DNA of 63,356 bases, counting the filler, from Rhabdomonas costata (Eukaryota): assembly GCA_019059605.1 (NCBI GenBank). It is 26 parts of 26 records of this genome, joined end to end, with 100 filler letters (N's around TTAATTAATTAA, not from the genome) between each part and the next. Parts side by side here need not be neighbours in the genome. Positions count along the whole stretch, not along the records: positions 48,828 to 51,166 come from JAHMHO010003935.1; positions 51,267 to 53,606 come from JAHMHO010003936.1; positions 53,707 to 56,044 come from JAHMHO010003937.1; positions 56,145 to 58,483 come from JAHMHO010003938.1; positions 58,584 to 60,919 come from JAHMHO010003939.1; positions 61,020 to 63,356 come from JAHMHO010003940.1; 20 more parts are not named here. One strand, given 5' to 3'. A program made the translations under genes and the position numbers. Positions 49,526-62,599 of this stretch are shown here, piece by piece. The notes under the pieces were generated by a model, which was given only the letters and a program-made list of their open reading frames with translations, had not been told where the DNA came from and did no database searches. The first letter of the stretch is position 1. Each line of letters starts with the position of its first letter.

Positions 49526-50634
49526 AGCTGGCTTCGCGGTGCCTGACATTGAGGCCGCGCTGCGGCAAAGCTGGGTCAACAGCCTGCCCGCCGCTCTTGA
49601 GTGGCTCTGCCTGAACCTCTCGCCCGAGTCAGTACCCGAGGAGCTGCGTGGAATTTCCGCCTCTCCCGAGGGGCCCACCCCCAAAGAGGAGCCCGCCATG
49701 CTGAGATTTGTCAAAAACTCCGCGTCCACCAAGGCCCCGGCTGAGGCCACCACCTCTGCACCCAGCAGGTCCATTTTGGCGAAGCGGGAGAGGGAGCGCA
49801 TTGAGTCCTAGAAACTGAAAGTTGATCGGGTCAACTGAGTTTGGATGCTTAGAAAATGGGGTCCTTTTTAGTACCCCGTCCGTTTGATTCCATTCACCTG
49901 CACAGAGCTCATGGGGATGGAGTGCTGTTAGATGCCACGTATTTTCATTTTCAGGGCGGACGAGACCATCTCCGAGGATACGGACGGAGTGGGGGAGTTC
50001 AGCTTGAAGGCCCCCGAGGTTGGTTTACAAGTTTGCCGAACCAGATGCATTGCGGAAGGGGAAGGGGAACAGTGAGTGAGCTTTGGAGTGACTTTCGCTT
50101 TTACGTGGTGGGATGATCCTCTGGTCATTGTAGCATGCTTCTTTTTCCCCCGGGTTTCTGTGACGAACGCTGTCGATCCTTGTGCCGAGGCTTTTTGCAG
50201 TCCCCGCGGGGCTGTTGCCTCTGTCTTGTTTCTGATGCAAGGCTCGTGTGCTCTAAAACCTATTAAGCAGTCTCAAAAATTGTTTGGGAGGCGTTCTCGG
50301 TAATTGCATGACTACGCGGCTCTTTTCTTGACTTTCCGAAGCGCAGTGGGGTGCTGTGGAGTGCTCAAAGTCTGCTCCTCTGCTCTGCATTCCAAGATGT
50401 TAGGACGCAATTGGTTGGAGTATTACCCTCATCTTGCTTCTCGAGTGCCCGTGCAATTCAGCCTACGGCCGTTGTATCTTCATCATGCGTCAGGGTGACA
50501 GAATGGATAGCCAGCAGGCTCCTCCTGAGGAGCATTGGGGCAGTGGTCGTGCCTCTGGGACCATATCACCGTCACCCGCTGGGGAGGCCCCCCTGCAGCC
50601 CCGTGGAAAGCCCCATTCAAAGCCCAAGTCCAAG
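49526..50634 (+). CDS. DHX29/DHX57-like DExH helicase, N-terminal UBA-like region (exons 49526-49768, 49955-50018, 50494-50634)
   Basis: AGFAVPDIEAAL...ALEWLCLNLSPESVPEEL matches the ALDWLCLNL..xxLP motif, and splice phases are consistent. Confidence 0.65.
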
Positions 50635-51915
50635 GTGCTTCTCGCGTCCTGCTGTCTGCATTGGTTTCCGGCACTAAGAATATCTGCGACCATGTGAATG
50701 CGAACCAGTGGCGCACGGACAGCGAAAAAAAATCCGAGTGCTACCAAGGTATAGGTGGGGAGAGGGGAGTGGAACAACGCAGAGCGGTGAGGTCGGAGTG
50801 GTAAGGGACTAACGACGGTCTTCATGGTCTCCGTAGCGCACAAGCAAGCACTGGAGCGGTTGCCGAAGGCCAGGGATGGCGGGGAAATCTCTCTTGGAAG
50901 AAGCTCCCGCAGAAGCACTAAGTCAGCAACGGTGGACCCCGTGCACTACTTCAACCGGCGGGACCACAAAGTCGCATGGGTAGGGGGGCTTGGAAGGGAT
51001 CCAGCACACATCCAAGAGTTGGTCCCAATGAAGCACCGCCTCTGGGGAAGAGGGAGCCACTAATTCGGACATCATGGAAGCATTACATGGGGGAAAATGT
51101 CTCACTGGCGTTGTATTCATGCCTGTGTGCCGCCAGAGGCCCCACAAAACCACCCACACCCACCACNNNNNNNNNNNNNNNNNNNNNNNNNNNNNNNNNN
51201 NNNNNNNNNNTTAATTAATTAANNNNNNNNNNNNNNNNNNNNNNNNNNNNNNNNNNNNNNNNNNNNACAACAAAACGCAGAAACTGTAAGACAGAAGGTA
51301 CGCAGGGAAAAAATGGGGGACTGTAAGGCACTGATTGCGGAGGCATTGGAGGCATCGGAGGCAATACTGGTGGCTTGTGTGTGTGTTGGGCGCATTGTGC
51401 GCTGGCTGTTGCCTGGTTGTGTGTGTGTGGGGGGGGGGGTGCTGGCGCATTCCATTGCACAGGAGAAGATAACTTAGGGAGAGGGAGCAGTGCCAGGGAA
51501 AGAAAGAGGCCAAAAGGACAAACCAATCCAGCTAAGAGGGAAACACTACCTGTGGGTGACAAAATCACAGACCGCCACATCTTGCCCTCAGGACACCTGC
51601 ACTTTGCACGCCAACAGAGCGTCAAAATCGTCGAGCGGGAGACGATTATTCGCGATACCGCGGTGACAGTGCCTCGTTTCCAATTGCCAACAAGGCTCCA
51701 CTCATTCCATGACAAGGCGTCGGAAGCACATCCAAAGCACTATTTTGGGCAAAGAAAGCCCTATGCGGCACAGGCAAACGTGACCGCGTTAAAACAATGC
51801 ATGATAGAGTGCGCATCGCAAAAATTTCGCAAGAAGACCCACCGCCCAAAAGCCGCGGCATGCACTTCGGAACGATCTCATTAGTGCAGATCTCATGGCT
51901 CCCATGAACACATAC

Positions 51916-52276
51916 CGTAACCGGATAACGGAACGAAGCCTCCTGGAGCACCGCCTGCCGACACAGCCGCGGCCATTGCTGGGGGGTGGGGAACCAGGCC
52001 CGGGTACGGCATTAACCCCCTAGGACCCTCCACAGAGGTCGCTTGAGGAGCCCGAGAGACCGCCAGCACGACCAGGGTGGCTCCATCCTTGACCCCGTAG
52101 TCGCTGAGCCGCAGCCGAGGGTCCATTGGGTTGCCGTTGTAAAGCAGCCGCTGGGCCGCTATGGGGATCCCCAGCTCGGCCTCGACGAGGGCCTGCACGT
52201 CCTCAATGCGCTCCGTGGACGCCGTGGTGAGCCGGGCGTATGCCCCTGCCTCCGTCGCAGCGATGAAGGAGATCAT
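51916..52276 (-). CDS. Ubiquitin-like-domain protein, DDI1-like first exon
   Basis: IEDVQALVEAELGIPIAAQRLLYNGNPMDPRLRLSDYGVKDGATL is a UBL domain, and ALxExExGIP is typical of DDI1. The 3' boundary is uncertain. Confidence 0.7.
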
Positions 52277-53706
52277 CGGAGGGAGGAGGAAGAGAGAGGT
52301 CGCCGAGAGGATGGAACAACAACAACAGCAACAAACAACAGAACAGCAGGGCAGCGCTTTTTTGGAACGAGGGAAAAAATGAAAAGAGAACAATGAAAGA
52401 GAATAAAGAGTGATCATCCAAAGAAAGTGGTCCAAGAGAGGATGCAAAAAGTTGGGCTGTCTCATCAAGATATGCCCGGGAATAGCAGAAATTTCTCAAC
52501 CTCACACCTGTCCGCAAACTTCATACTTAAGACTCGAGTGCAGTTATTCGCACTAAACTCACTGAACCAAAAAAAAACGGGGAGGGTTGCGTCATTGGAC
52601 AAAGCCGCAACTTTGAAATGGAGGGTTTGTTTATAGGAATCGTCATTACACATATTACTGCCCTGCAGGAGCCACATAGAAGGAACGTGTGAATGGGTCA
52701 CATCGATGAAAAGTAAAGTCGGGGCGTAAAGCCGTTTGAAAAGGACGCGACTTTGTTCGGCTTATCTCCCAAATCTCCAAAAAAAAAGCTCACGTGGAAA
52801 CCGCTCACAGCCAGTGCTCTTTTTGTGGGACGCGCAAGCGCGAAAAAGAATGCTCTGCATTGACGAGGAAGGACGGCCAAGAAACCTCGCAAGTGCGCAG
52901 AGAGGACAAGCTGTTGATCCGATGTGAGGACTCCACCCCACACCAGGAGCCACGGGCTACCCTCCACCCCTGCAACACTATCCGTTCGGATGGTCAAAGT
53001 GATGTGCCGAGCTCCCTCCCTCCCATTAGCTCCTCGCAATATAAAAGTTACAAAGGATGATGAGGAAGGTAAAATGAGAGGCATAATCCCAACAAATGTA
53101 GCGAGCCCCAGCTGTTCGTGAAGCGGAGGAGACACCGGCGTGAGGTATACGGGGCGGTTGGGGGAGGGGGGCAATGGGACATCACACACACTCACACACT
53201 TCACACAAGCAAAATGGTTTCGTCCCTGCACGCTCTCGAAGGGGGCGCTCGGAGAACAACAGCGGCGAAAAGCGGGATGGAGTGCAAAGGAAGGACAAGT
53301 CCAGAGGGGAGGGGTTTTAGGGAGAGAAGGACGGGAGAGGTCCCCCCTCCCCAAAAGGGCCGCGTCGAGCAAGACAAATGCAGAAAAAGTCGAACACCCT
53401 GGCGAGGGAGACCTGCTCACAGAGTTTTGAGCAACGAGCGAAGTAAATTGTTCTGTACAGAGAAGGGCCGACACAGGGGGGAGGGACAGACGGGCGTACT
53501 GACGGGACTCCGCTAAACAGGGACGCCTGGCGACTCGTCACCTTTGCCTAAATCCTAAAGCCTCCCACCTTCTTGTTGTGGGGTGCCTGCGAAACGCGGA
53601 GTCTGANNNNNNNNNNNNNNNNNNNNNNNNNNNNNNNNNNNNNNNNNNNNTTAATTAATTAANNNNNNNNNNNNNNNNNNNNNNNNNNNNNNNNNNNNNN
53701 NNNNNN

Positions 53707-55280
53707 GGGGGGGTTGGTGGCCCCACAGATCTTCCCTCGGAGGTCCGCCCAGGAACGCTGGGAAAGCCCCTCCATGACAATGATTCCCCGCCTGGGGTGC
53801 ACAAAGGGCACCAGCTGCTGCGGGTGGAAGGCATTCAGCACGAGGTGGGGCACCCCGTTGACATCCAACTTCAGGGCGTAGGCCCCCCCGGCGAGCTTCG
53901 TGGTGCCTTGCTTGTCGTTGAGCGCGGAGAGCTGGGCCGCGGTGAACTGGGGATTGGCCTCGAGGAACTGGTGCCCACCCAAGACTTTCCCACCGGCGCT
54001 GAGGATATCATGGAAGGCTTCCTCAAGCCGAGCCTTGGCCGCGTCGGAGAGGGCGTCCAACCCGAGCCGGGAGATCCGGTTGATCACCCCGTAGTGCTGG
54101 GCCATGATGTCGTGCTTCTCCAGAAACGGACCCGCCAGCACCCGCACCGCGCCCACCTCCGCGGCGTTCTGGTACAGCGTGTCCACGACGAGCTGCACCA
54201 CCGCCCGGACGTCGATCCCCAGGAACCCCGCCGTCGCCTCGGGCTTCAGGAACACCACGAACTGGTGGCACCCGCTCTTGTTCAGCGTGGGGTTGAACGG
54301 AACCACCCACTCGCTATGCGCTGAGGCACCCGCGGCCGTCACTCGCTCCAGCGCCGCAAGAATCACGCCAACGTCGGGCCCCACGTACAGCTTCTTCAGC
54401 TTCTCCGCTGCGGCCGGGGCGTCCAGCTCCTCGGTCATGTCGAATGCCGAGACAAGGCCCCCGTCCGGACCGGGGTAGGAGGGGTTGGTCGCCAGCACCA
54501 CGTCGCGGCTTCGGCTGCGGTGCTCGGAGGGCTTGCGTGGGGTTCGGGCGGAGTGCGGTGGAAGAGGGGTCAGCTGCACTCTGGAGGGGAGAAGGGTCGC
54601 CCCATCTCTTAGGCCGGGGGTTACACAATGAATGGAATCAGCAACTCAACAAATCAACTACGTAGCTGCAATTGCAACTGAGCCCAATCCACCACGACTC
54701 AAAGGATGACTTCTCCGAAGGGATGGAGACCCTGATACATGAACCCATCCTGAAATTGAGCAAAAAAAAGCTTTGCCCGAAAAAAATAAAGTGGCATGCC
54801 ACTGTTTTCCGAGACATGGTGAGTCACCACCCAGCTCTGATCGATAGATCCGCATATGTGTTTCATGGATCTGTACGATCCACACATGTGGATCGGTTTT
54901 GCAGATCTGTGTTGTCACTGCATATGTATACCTGTGTTTTGTGGATCTGCATGATCTATAAAGCGGTTCATACCGAGTCAGGTGGCCATGAAGAGTCCGA
55001 ACAGTTCTTCAGATCTTCCACGCCAGCCACCCCACCGCTTGCCAATAAATGGCACAGAAACAACGATTGCTCACTCTCACTCCCCTCCCAATGCAGCTGA
55101 GCGCGGCTGCTGGGGTTTTCCAACGGAAACGATCCGGGAGGTCTTGGCCAGGGAGGGGTCTGCTGCGGCCGTGGGGGATGAGCGGTCGTGGTGCTTGTGG
55201 TGGTGGTGGTGCCCGTGGGAGTCCTTCGGGGGACCGTGAGTGGGGCCCGCCGCGGAGCTGGAACGCCGAGCTCCAGGCAT
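53707..55280 (-). CDS. Divergent nucleoside-diphosphate-kinase-like protein with disordered His-rich N-terminus (exons 55280-55081, 54580-<53707)
   Basis: The phase-2 splice GA|A is in frame. Motifs are VVFLKPE, HYGVINRIS, KLAGGAY, LNAFHPQQL and SWADLRGKICGATNP (NDK KP and GxTxP elements). Confidence 0.7.
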
Positions 55281-56518
55281 CGTTATTATGGGGGGAGGAG
55301 TCGGTGTGGAGGGTCAAAGTGTGGGAAAAGCAAGTCCCACTGAGAGTGGTAAAGGGACAGGAGCAGGCCCCAAACTTCGAGCCGGGAACGGCCGAATAGA
55401 GATCAATAAAGAGTTGCGCTAAGACACTGACAAAAACACGTAACAAGATACAGACGTTCTATTGGCAGACGAAACAAACTCGAGGAGCAAAGCACAGGTA
55501 GCGCCGAATCAAAGCCGCTTCTCGACAAAAGCAGAAGGTAGCTAAAAAGATCCGGCACTGAGCGACCCTCAGCAGACAGAGATACATTGAGATAGAAACA
55601 CCTACCACTATCAGTGGCTGTCAGTAAAAAAAATGCGTTCAACCGCCCGCCACTTCAGAAGGGTCCGAAGTGCCCCTCCCTCGAAGTATGCGGGAATCCC
55701 AGGAAAGCTCTCGGAACTGGCTGGACATGACCAAAGCCGTTTTATTGCAAGATCAGCTGCCAGTGGCATATTCCTTACAGAATGTTGTTGGTGAACCCGT
55801 CCCCTCCTCTCCACTCTCGAAGATCGGCCTCGAAAGACACCGCGGAAATTTGCGCGTAGGGATTCAGCAGTACAGAAGGAATCACCACCCACACCACCAA
55901 AGGAGAGTCACACCATCAAAGGAGAGTGCGAGCGTTCGGAAGGCTCGATGAAGTGGTGGTGGTGAAGGGGGGCGATGTCCGAGGCCTGAGAACAGAGCTA
56001 AAGGCAAGCGGAGAGGAGAGCGGCAAATGGAGAGAAAAAAAAACNNNNNNNNNNNNNNNNNNNNNNNNNNNNNNNNNNNNNNNNNNNNTTAATTAATTAA
56101 NNNNNNNNNNNNNNNNNNNNNNNNNNNNNNNNNNNNNNNNNNNNTTGTTTTGGGGAAGGCGTTATAATGTCTTTTTTTATGCGAGTTGATCCTTTCTCTT
56201 CTACGAATCTGTAGTCCCGACTGTGTGTGCAGGAGTTTCAATCAGTATATACGGTGACCATTACGCTTTCGCTGCTAAAGCGGCCAACGCAATGACCTGG
56301 ACTCTTGCCACACCACTGGTGAAGCACGCCACTGTTTCGGAATGCAGGTCGTCGTGCCGACTCTCGGCCTCCCCCCTGCGCGACTTGGACCACTACTGCC
56401 GGCACCTCCCAAAGGCAACACGCAAAAAAAAAGACATTATAACGCCTTCCCCAATATTAACGTTATCGCCCGAGCTTGAAAGTTTCATTGATTCCCCTGC
56501 CTTTGTTTGCAAATCTAG

Positions 56519-57773
56519 TTTCACTCCGTTGAACTCCACGGACCCCACGATTCTGGCCGCCGGAGCGTGGCTCCTGGAGACCTGCGCCTCCTGGGAGAGC
56601 ATCCCAGACCTGGATGTTGTGCACTCGTTTGCTGGAGAGGACTACTGGATGAACGCTGCGGCGATCATCTCGGAGGTGTCTTTATCTTTGTCTTGGTGCT
56701 GAATGTTTGCTAGGCATTGGTGGTTGGCCTGCTGTGGACTTTTGATGTTAGCTTCTCCTTTTTACGTGTTTAAACAATAATTGCGTCCATCCTAGGGGAA
56801 ACAGAATTGGTTTCCTTTTGTTGGACGGCTTTCACACCACCCAAGAAAAAGCAGAATAACAGCAAAGCTTCGTCAGGATATCAAACCTGGAGAGAGAGAA
56901 TTCCAGTGCCGAGCATTTTCAGGCCCACCCGGTCTTCTATATAGGTAAGTCAATAACGTCAGCAAGAATATATCGCCTTCCGAGCAACGCCCTGTTCATT
57001 TCGGACGTGGAAGAGAGTATGCATAAACTCAATGCAGTGAGGACGTCGAAACCAAGTGTAAGAAACAAACCTCGAGGCGACACGTCAACAAAAGAACATA
57101 TGCTGCTGTGAAAGTGATAGGAAGACAGCAGCTTTTAAACTGTGACGTTATTGGAAACGAATTTTCGAGTATTCGCTCTATTCGTTGGTGGCGTGGGTCG
57201 GTTTAGATAGTGCACGTACCACGTACCACGTACCACGTACCACGTACCAGGTTGCCGTACCACGTACCACTGCTACGAGGGAGGGAGAGGACAACTACGA
57301 CGCTCAGGAGCTGGAGGTTTGAACCTGACCAGGAGGTCAATATCTGTCGATCCAAAAGGAACCCTCAACAATTCCACAAAGCAGTCGTGAAAAAGTATTT
57401 TTCTTCTCATCCATCTCTCATCCTCCGGTAACTGCTTTCTGCCCATTCTCACTCGAATATTGTCTGCAGTACACTGCACATATCCTTTTTTTTTTTGAAA
57501 AAGATCTCACCGGTTTTTTGTGGTTGTGAGCTGACTTTGGGGTGAGTTCAGATGGGGTTGAAGGTCAACCTTGTCCTTCTGGTCGACCGGGAGTCCACCA
57601 TGGGCCGAATTGAGGCCAGCATGGCAAACACCCTGGGCCGGATCAGCGACACCAACCGCACCATGACGGTGGTGCTGGTGGTGGTGGTGTGCGCTGCGGT
57701 GGGGTTTGCGATGCTGATCAGCTGGCTGCTGACGGTGTCGCTGTCGCGGCTTGCGTTTGGGATGGACATGCTG
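56519..57773 (+). CDS. Second Cache-TM-HAMP sensor paralogue (exons 56519-56675, 57552-57773)
   Basis: NSTDPTILAAGAWLL...WESIP...YWMNAAAIISE|MGLKVNLVLLVD...TM...SLSRLAFGMD aligns with the 20164-21632 protein, including the intron position. Confidence 0.75.
57213..57270. repeat. (CACGTAC)n heptamer tandem repeat in an intron
   Basis: 5 consecutive units plus about 2 more after an interruption. Confidence 0.9.
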
Positions 57774-58943
57774 GTGTGTTGCACTGGCCCTCCAGTTTTT
57801 GATTTGCATTTTGTTGAAAGAAACGGCACATCTCCACCTCGGTTAGACGGGACCGTTGTGAGCACATACACGCAGTTTTGCTTTAACTTGGGTCGTGGGT
57901 TTCTAGTAAGATTATGGAGCGCTCACCGCTCAGTATGAGTGCGTCAATGGAATGGAAATCCACCCGAGTAACACGCCCGAGTCCATCTTGGTCCGTATGA
58001 TGACGTATGAAGCGTGGCTTCGCACGGTTTGGGAATCTGGTATTCTGTGAGAAAACCTGCAAGGACACAAGTCTTGTAGCGTGGCATTATTTTTCGAGTG
58101 GCGAATCAGAATTAAGGCGTTTGCATCACCCCGCTTGGGTTTTTCCTTGGATTGTGCTTTATTTTCACATGTCACTCCATCCCATCTCTTGCTTCACCGT
58201 TAAACACGGTGTTACCAATAAGTATTTATGCCATGTAATATCTATAGAAGCCTACCTACACCCCGAAACTGAGAAATTAGTGCGTTACATTTCCAAGTAA
58301 CGCATGTAACACAAGTCTTTTTACCCTGTATTCATGCCGCTGGTCCCCAAATGGTGCGCAAGGTGCCTTTTTTCGCACGGATTATCCAATCTCTCAGTTT
58401 TCGATGTAGCCTGCTATACAATGTAATATCTTTTGCTGACCAAAGTGGGCAACAAAACGATAATATCCTTTAGAACCAAAACCNNNNNNNNNNNNNNNNN
58501 NNNNNNNNNNNNNNNNNNNNNNNNNNNTTAATTAATTAANNNNNNNNNNNNNNNNNNNNNNNNNNNNNNNNNNNNNNNNNNNNGGGGCTGGAGCTGCTCT
58601 TCGTTGAACTTTGATGTGGTTTTGTTGGTGATTCGAACGAGGGGCGTGTGTGCTATTGATTTAATTTAGCAGTGCGTTGACCTTGATTTTACCATTACAC
58701 CCATGATTACGAAAATGCTGGCGTTCGCTAATACTGCTGCGGGGTGAATGTGTGCAGCACTCATATGTTGGAACTTGTTTTATGCCAAGAGCAAGACTTC
58801 TGTGGCCGTATCTTGAGCCTCGCTCATGTTATTCTTCCAGGTTTCTCGGTTTCCCCGTGGCCTGTCTGGCACATCCATTTTGGCATTGCTTCCACTCAGT
58901 GAATTTGTTGTTTCGGATCTGCCAGCTCTTTCTTTTGGAGACA

Positions 58944-59300
58944 ATGAGGCCATCCCTCCCTTCAAATGAGCCTGTCGACCTGACTCGTCCATCACTGAGC
59001 TCCTGCTGCTGCTCACTCTGCCTCTGCACCCAAACGAGGATTACTCGGCATTGCCCTCAACCTAAGCGCTGTCAGCTCCCGATTTGGTTCCTTCTCGTGG
59101 GCCTGTCGATGCTCTCGCTTGGGCTGGTCGGTGGGCTGACGTTTGGCGTGACCAAGGCGTGGAGCGAGGATGTGATTGAGAATGTCGCGGTGAGTTACCT
59201 GAAGCTGGCCTGTACCACGGCCTCTGGGAGAGTGGGGGACTTCCTTGTGTACGTGATGGACGGAACGAGGCAGCTGTCGGCTTACGCGGCGACGTCCAAC
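58944..59300 (+). CDS. First exon of a membrane sensor (N-terminal TM plus the long first helix of a Cache-like domain)
   Basis: LPIWFLLVGLSMLSLGLVGGLTFGV TM, then SEDVIENVA...RVGDFL. gtgagt donor at 59301. Confidence 0.55.
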
Positions 59301-61159
59301 GTGAGTGCTGGTACGGGTCCTGTCAGCAGCTCCCGCTGTCTCTCGCTGTTTAACGCTTAACGTTCTTTTGCCCCCCCCCCCTACATAAAGAATGTACCCT
59401 TTGTGCATTCACTTGCCTCTTGTCGCGTTTCAGTTCCAGGTGGTGTTTAAATTTTGGTTACCTCTCGAAGGCAGTTCCGCTTCTCTTTCCGTGATTCAAG
59501 TTCTTACGAATGAAGGCCGGTTAAATGCTGACAAGACTGACTGAGAGAGAGTTGAGAGCTGAATAGCCTCGGTCAGCAATTCTCAGCATTCTGCAGCATT
59601 CCGGGGACGAGAAACCGTCAGCTTGTCCCATGGCAAGTCTACGCCCCACGTCCGTCTACCGAGTTTCCCAGTTGAATTATTGCAATTTAGTTTCTGAATC
59701 AAAATTTTCTGAACTAAGTCCATACGGTCTCTGATTGGGTCTGGGTTGTGAAATGGGTTGCTGGCGCCATTGTGCATCGGACGTATATGCAACAATTTAT
59801 GCAAAGTGAACAAACGTATCGCTGTGTGCATACATGTACATACCGTTCCAGCGTTTACCCTGTACACAATTCAGTATACATGTACCTACCACCGACTTGT
59901 GTACTGTTAAAATCGCTTGATGAGAAAGGAGGAAAGGAGCTAGCGACCCATAGAAGTCGTGCAGAAGGAGGTCGGGGTGATTGAGGTGCCCGGGGGACCG
60001 ACCCCTTGGAAAGAACTTTCCCGGGAAAAGGCTGTGTAGGCGGGCCAATTTCCCTCGAGCTCTGTCACAAGTGTCGCTTTGCTGAAACGAGAACGGTGTG
60101 AGAGGATGTGGCAGGGCCGTTAAGCCGTTAAGCCGTTAAGCATAAAAACTCAAAGGCTTTCGGAATGGGACTTCTCTACAAATTCCAGTGACAAAACTGC
60201 GGCATTGCTTTATAACCCTGTTGTCGCAAAAAAAAAATGAACGCTCCTTTGGATCGGCTCACACCAATCCACGCGGGACGCACGGGGAGTCCGCCACTTA
60301 GTCCTCACGCTTTACGCTCAACCTTCACCCCGTAAAGGGTCTCCCTTCTGAATTGAGTCCCAGGAACGCTTCCCTTCTTCCAGAACTCTTGTGCCCACCG
60401 TGGCTCCCAGGCACCGCCCGCTGACCCCACTCCGTGGCAGGACCTGTTGGGCAGTTTTGGTGGGAACTGTTGTTGGCTGCTTAAAAGCTTAGGACCTGGG
60501 TCACATGCTCTTTCTGCTGCACATTCCTTTTTGCGGATGGGTTTGTTTGTCGGTTTCACGTCGTTAGAGCGGTGTGATACGAAACTGGGCTCGGCCACCA
60601 AAAGACGCCCTACATGTGTCTTGTGGTGCGAAAAACTCCCCCACTCCCACATACCAGGTCCCCGCATCACCCGCTTGCTCCGGCCGTGCCGCTAAAGTGA
60701 CGCTGTGCCTTCTTTCTGCAGGGAACCCAGGGATCCCCAAAGAACCTTGCAAAGTGACCGAAGTCCGCCATCTAAAATACCAGCAATGCCCAGAAGGGTA
60801 TTGCAATACAAAGATTATATGTCCCTCTCTTTTTCACCCGTCTTTCATTCAGAAAACTCTCACCCAGAAGATGTACGACATGTCATGCTGAGCCGGATGA
60901 TGAGCTACACCCAAAACCCNNNNNNNNNNNNNNNNNNNNNNNNNNNNNNNNNNNNNNNNNNNNTTAATTAATTAANNNNNNNNNNNNNNNNNNNNNNNNN
61001 NNNNNNNNNNNNNNNNNNNCTGAAAGCAAGATCAAGTCAGGAGGAAGGAGAAATGGTGGGGCATATAATTGTGTATTATCAAAACAAAAACGGCATACAT
61101 TTTTTTCAAAATGGGCTAGGCACAACACACCGTTTGCTTAAAAAAATGGGCCAGGCACA

Positions 61160-62599
61160 ACACACCGTTTGCTTCTCTAAGCTCTGAGCGACCTCGCCAG
61201 CTTTTGCCACACACCGGTCCACCTCGGCCTCAGAAAGCCCAACAGCTGCAAAGTCTTCGCGCTGTTTTGGATGGGGGGGGCGTGGGGGGAGGGAATGAAA
61301 GTACACAGCCTTGCAAGCAAAACCACCAATGTCCAATTCCATCACATAACACCCTCGGCCTTTTCCAACCCACCGAGCCCGCAGATTTTGCAAATTAAGA
61401 GGCGCTTGCGCTGAGACGGTGCGCTCCTTTTCCAGCAACGTTCACCGCACCGTAACCCAGAGGCCTTGAGTAGAGGAAGGAGATACGAATCCCCCAATAA
61501 TATGCGAGCATCTTCAACACTGCTACACTACCATGCTTTCTTCTTTGGCCTGGGGCAGTTGTGTTTGTTTGTTCACGTTTGTGCATGTTTGCACGATGAC
61601 AAGACGAAAAAGGGAACCCAAGGTGAGCGATAATGAAAGGAGAAGCTGCCCCTTACCCTTACTTGGACGCAGCCTGGGTGCTCGCGTGGAGGGTCCTATA
61701 GCTCCCTTATCCGGCGCTTAGAATCCAATTAGTCCAAATTCAAAGCAACTCTGTCACGAAGAGTTCTATCGCAGCGAAGCCACAGACAGAGAAAAATAAC
61801 AACAAAGATGCACAACTCAATGGCAAACGCAGCATGTGGTGCGCGGTGCTACGAGCGAGTGCTGTCGCATGTACGGGTGTGAGTGGAAACAGCTGTCCAG
61901 TAAAAGTATCTGCTGCACCTTTGCCGTGTGCAGGGTGGCGCACTCGAAACCCCTGGAGACCAGCGCCTCCGTCACCCGATTTACCACGTCAATCCGCACA
62001 TCAGCTGCTCGGAGCCAAACCTTGATCATGTCCAGGTCTTTCCGGTACGCCTGGGTGAAAGAGCACCAGTCCCAGCGTGAATTTGCGATTATCCTCTTCA
62101 AGTACGGCAACACGTTTCATTTTCAGTAGCTTCATGACTTCCGTGACTTCCGAATCGTACAACAGAAGACGTGGTGGGCGTGTTGGCCTGGGGTGGATTA
62201 TAGCACTTTTCTTAGAGAAAGTGTGCATGCATCGTTAAGCCAAACCAGCTGCAGTCCATTTCAGGGAGAGTGTTACGCAAGAGCCTGCGAATTAACCAAA
62301 GCCCCCAAAACCCCATACATAAACTCAAGCACAGACCAGCTCGGCTTCGCTCTTCTCTGCGAACCGAAAAGAAAGCATGTCCCGAAGCCGGCCGACTCGG
62401 TCCTCGAGCTGCAGCAGCTCCTGGTCGCTGAGCTTGGGATGGGCTGCCCGGTTCCCCGCTATGGCCTTCACTTCCGCCTCAAGCTTATCCAGGCCCTGCC
62501 GCTGAACCTCCAGAGTGGAGAACTCTTGCAACAGCTGAGTGAAGCGATTTCCAGAGGAGGCGGACCCCTCGCCGCCTTTCGAAGAGGATGTAAATCTCA
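61160..62599 (-). CDS. Unknown multi-exon helical protein (exons ~62599-62365, ~62190-61953, ~61262-61166)
   Basis: GC-rich coding-like blocks with AG/GT boundaries (QLLQEFSTLEVQRQGLDKLE...; LPYLKRIIANSRWDW...; REDFAAVGLSEAEVDRC). The frame in the middle exon does not join cleanly. Confidence 0.45.

Noticed and set aside
61107..61174. 35-nt tandem duplication overlapping a splice donor; also (CCGTTAAG)3 at ~60117-60141
   Set aside because: These are ordinary slippage-type duplications with no sign of function.
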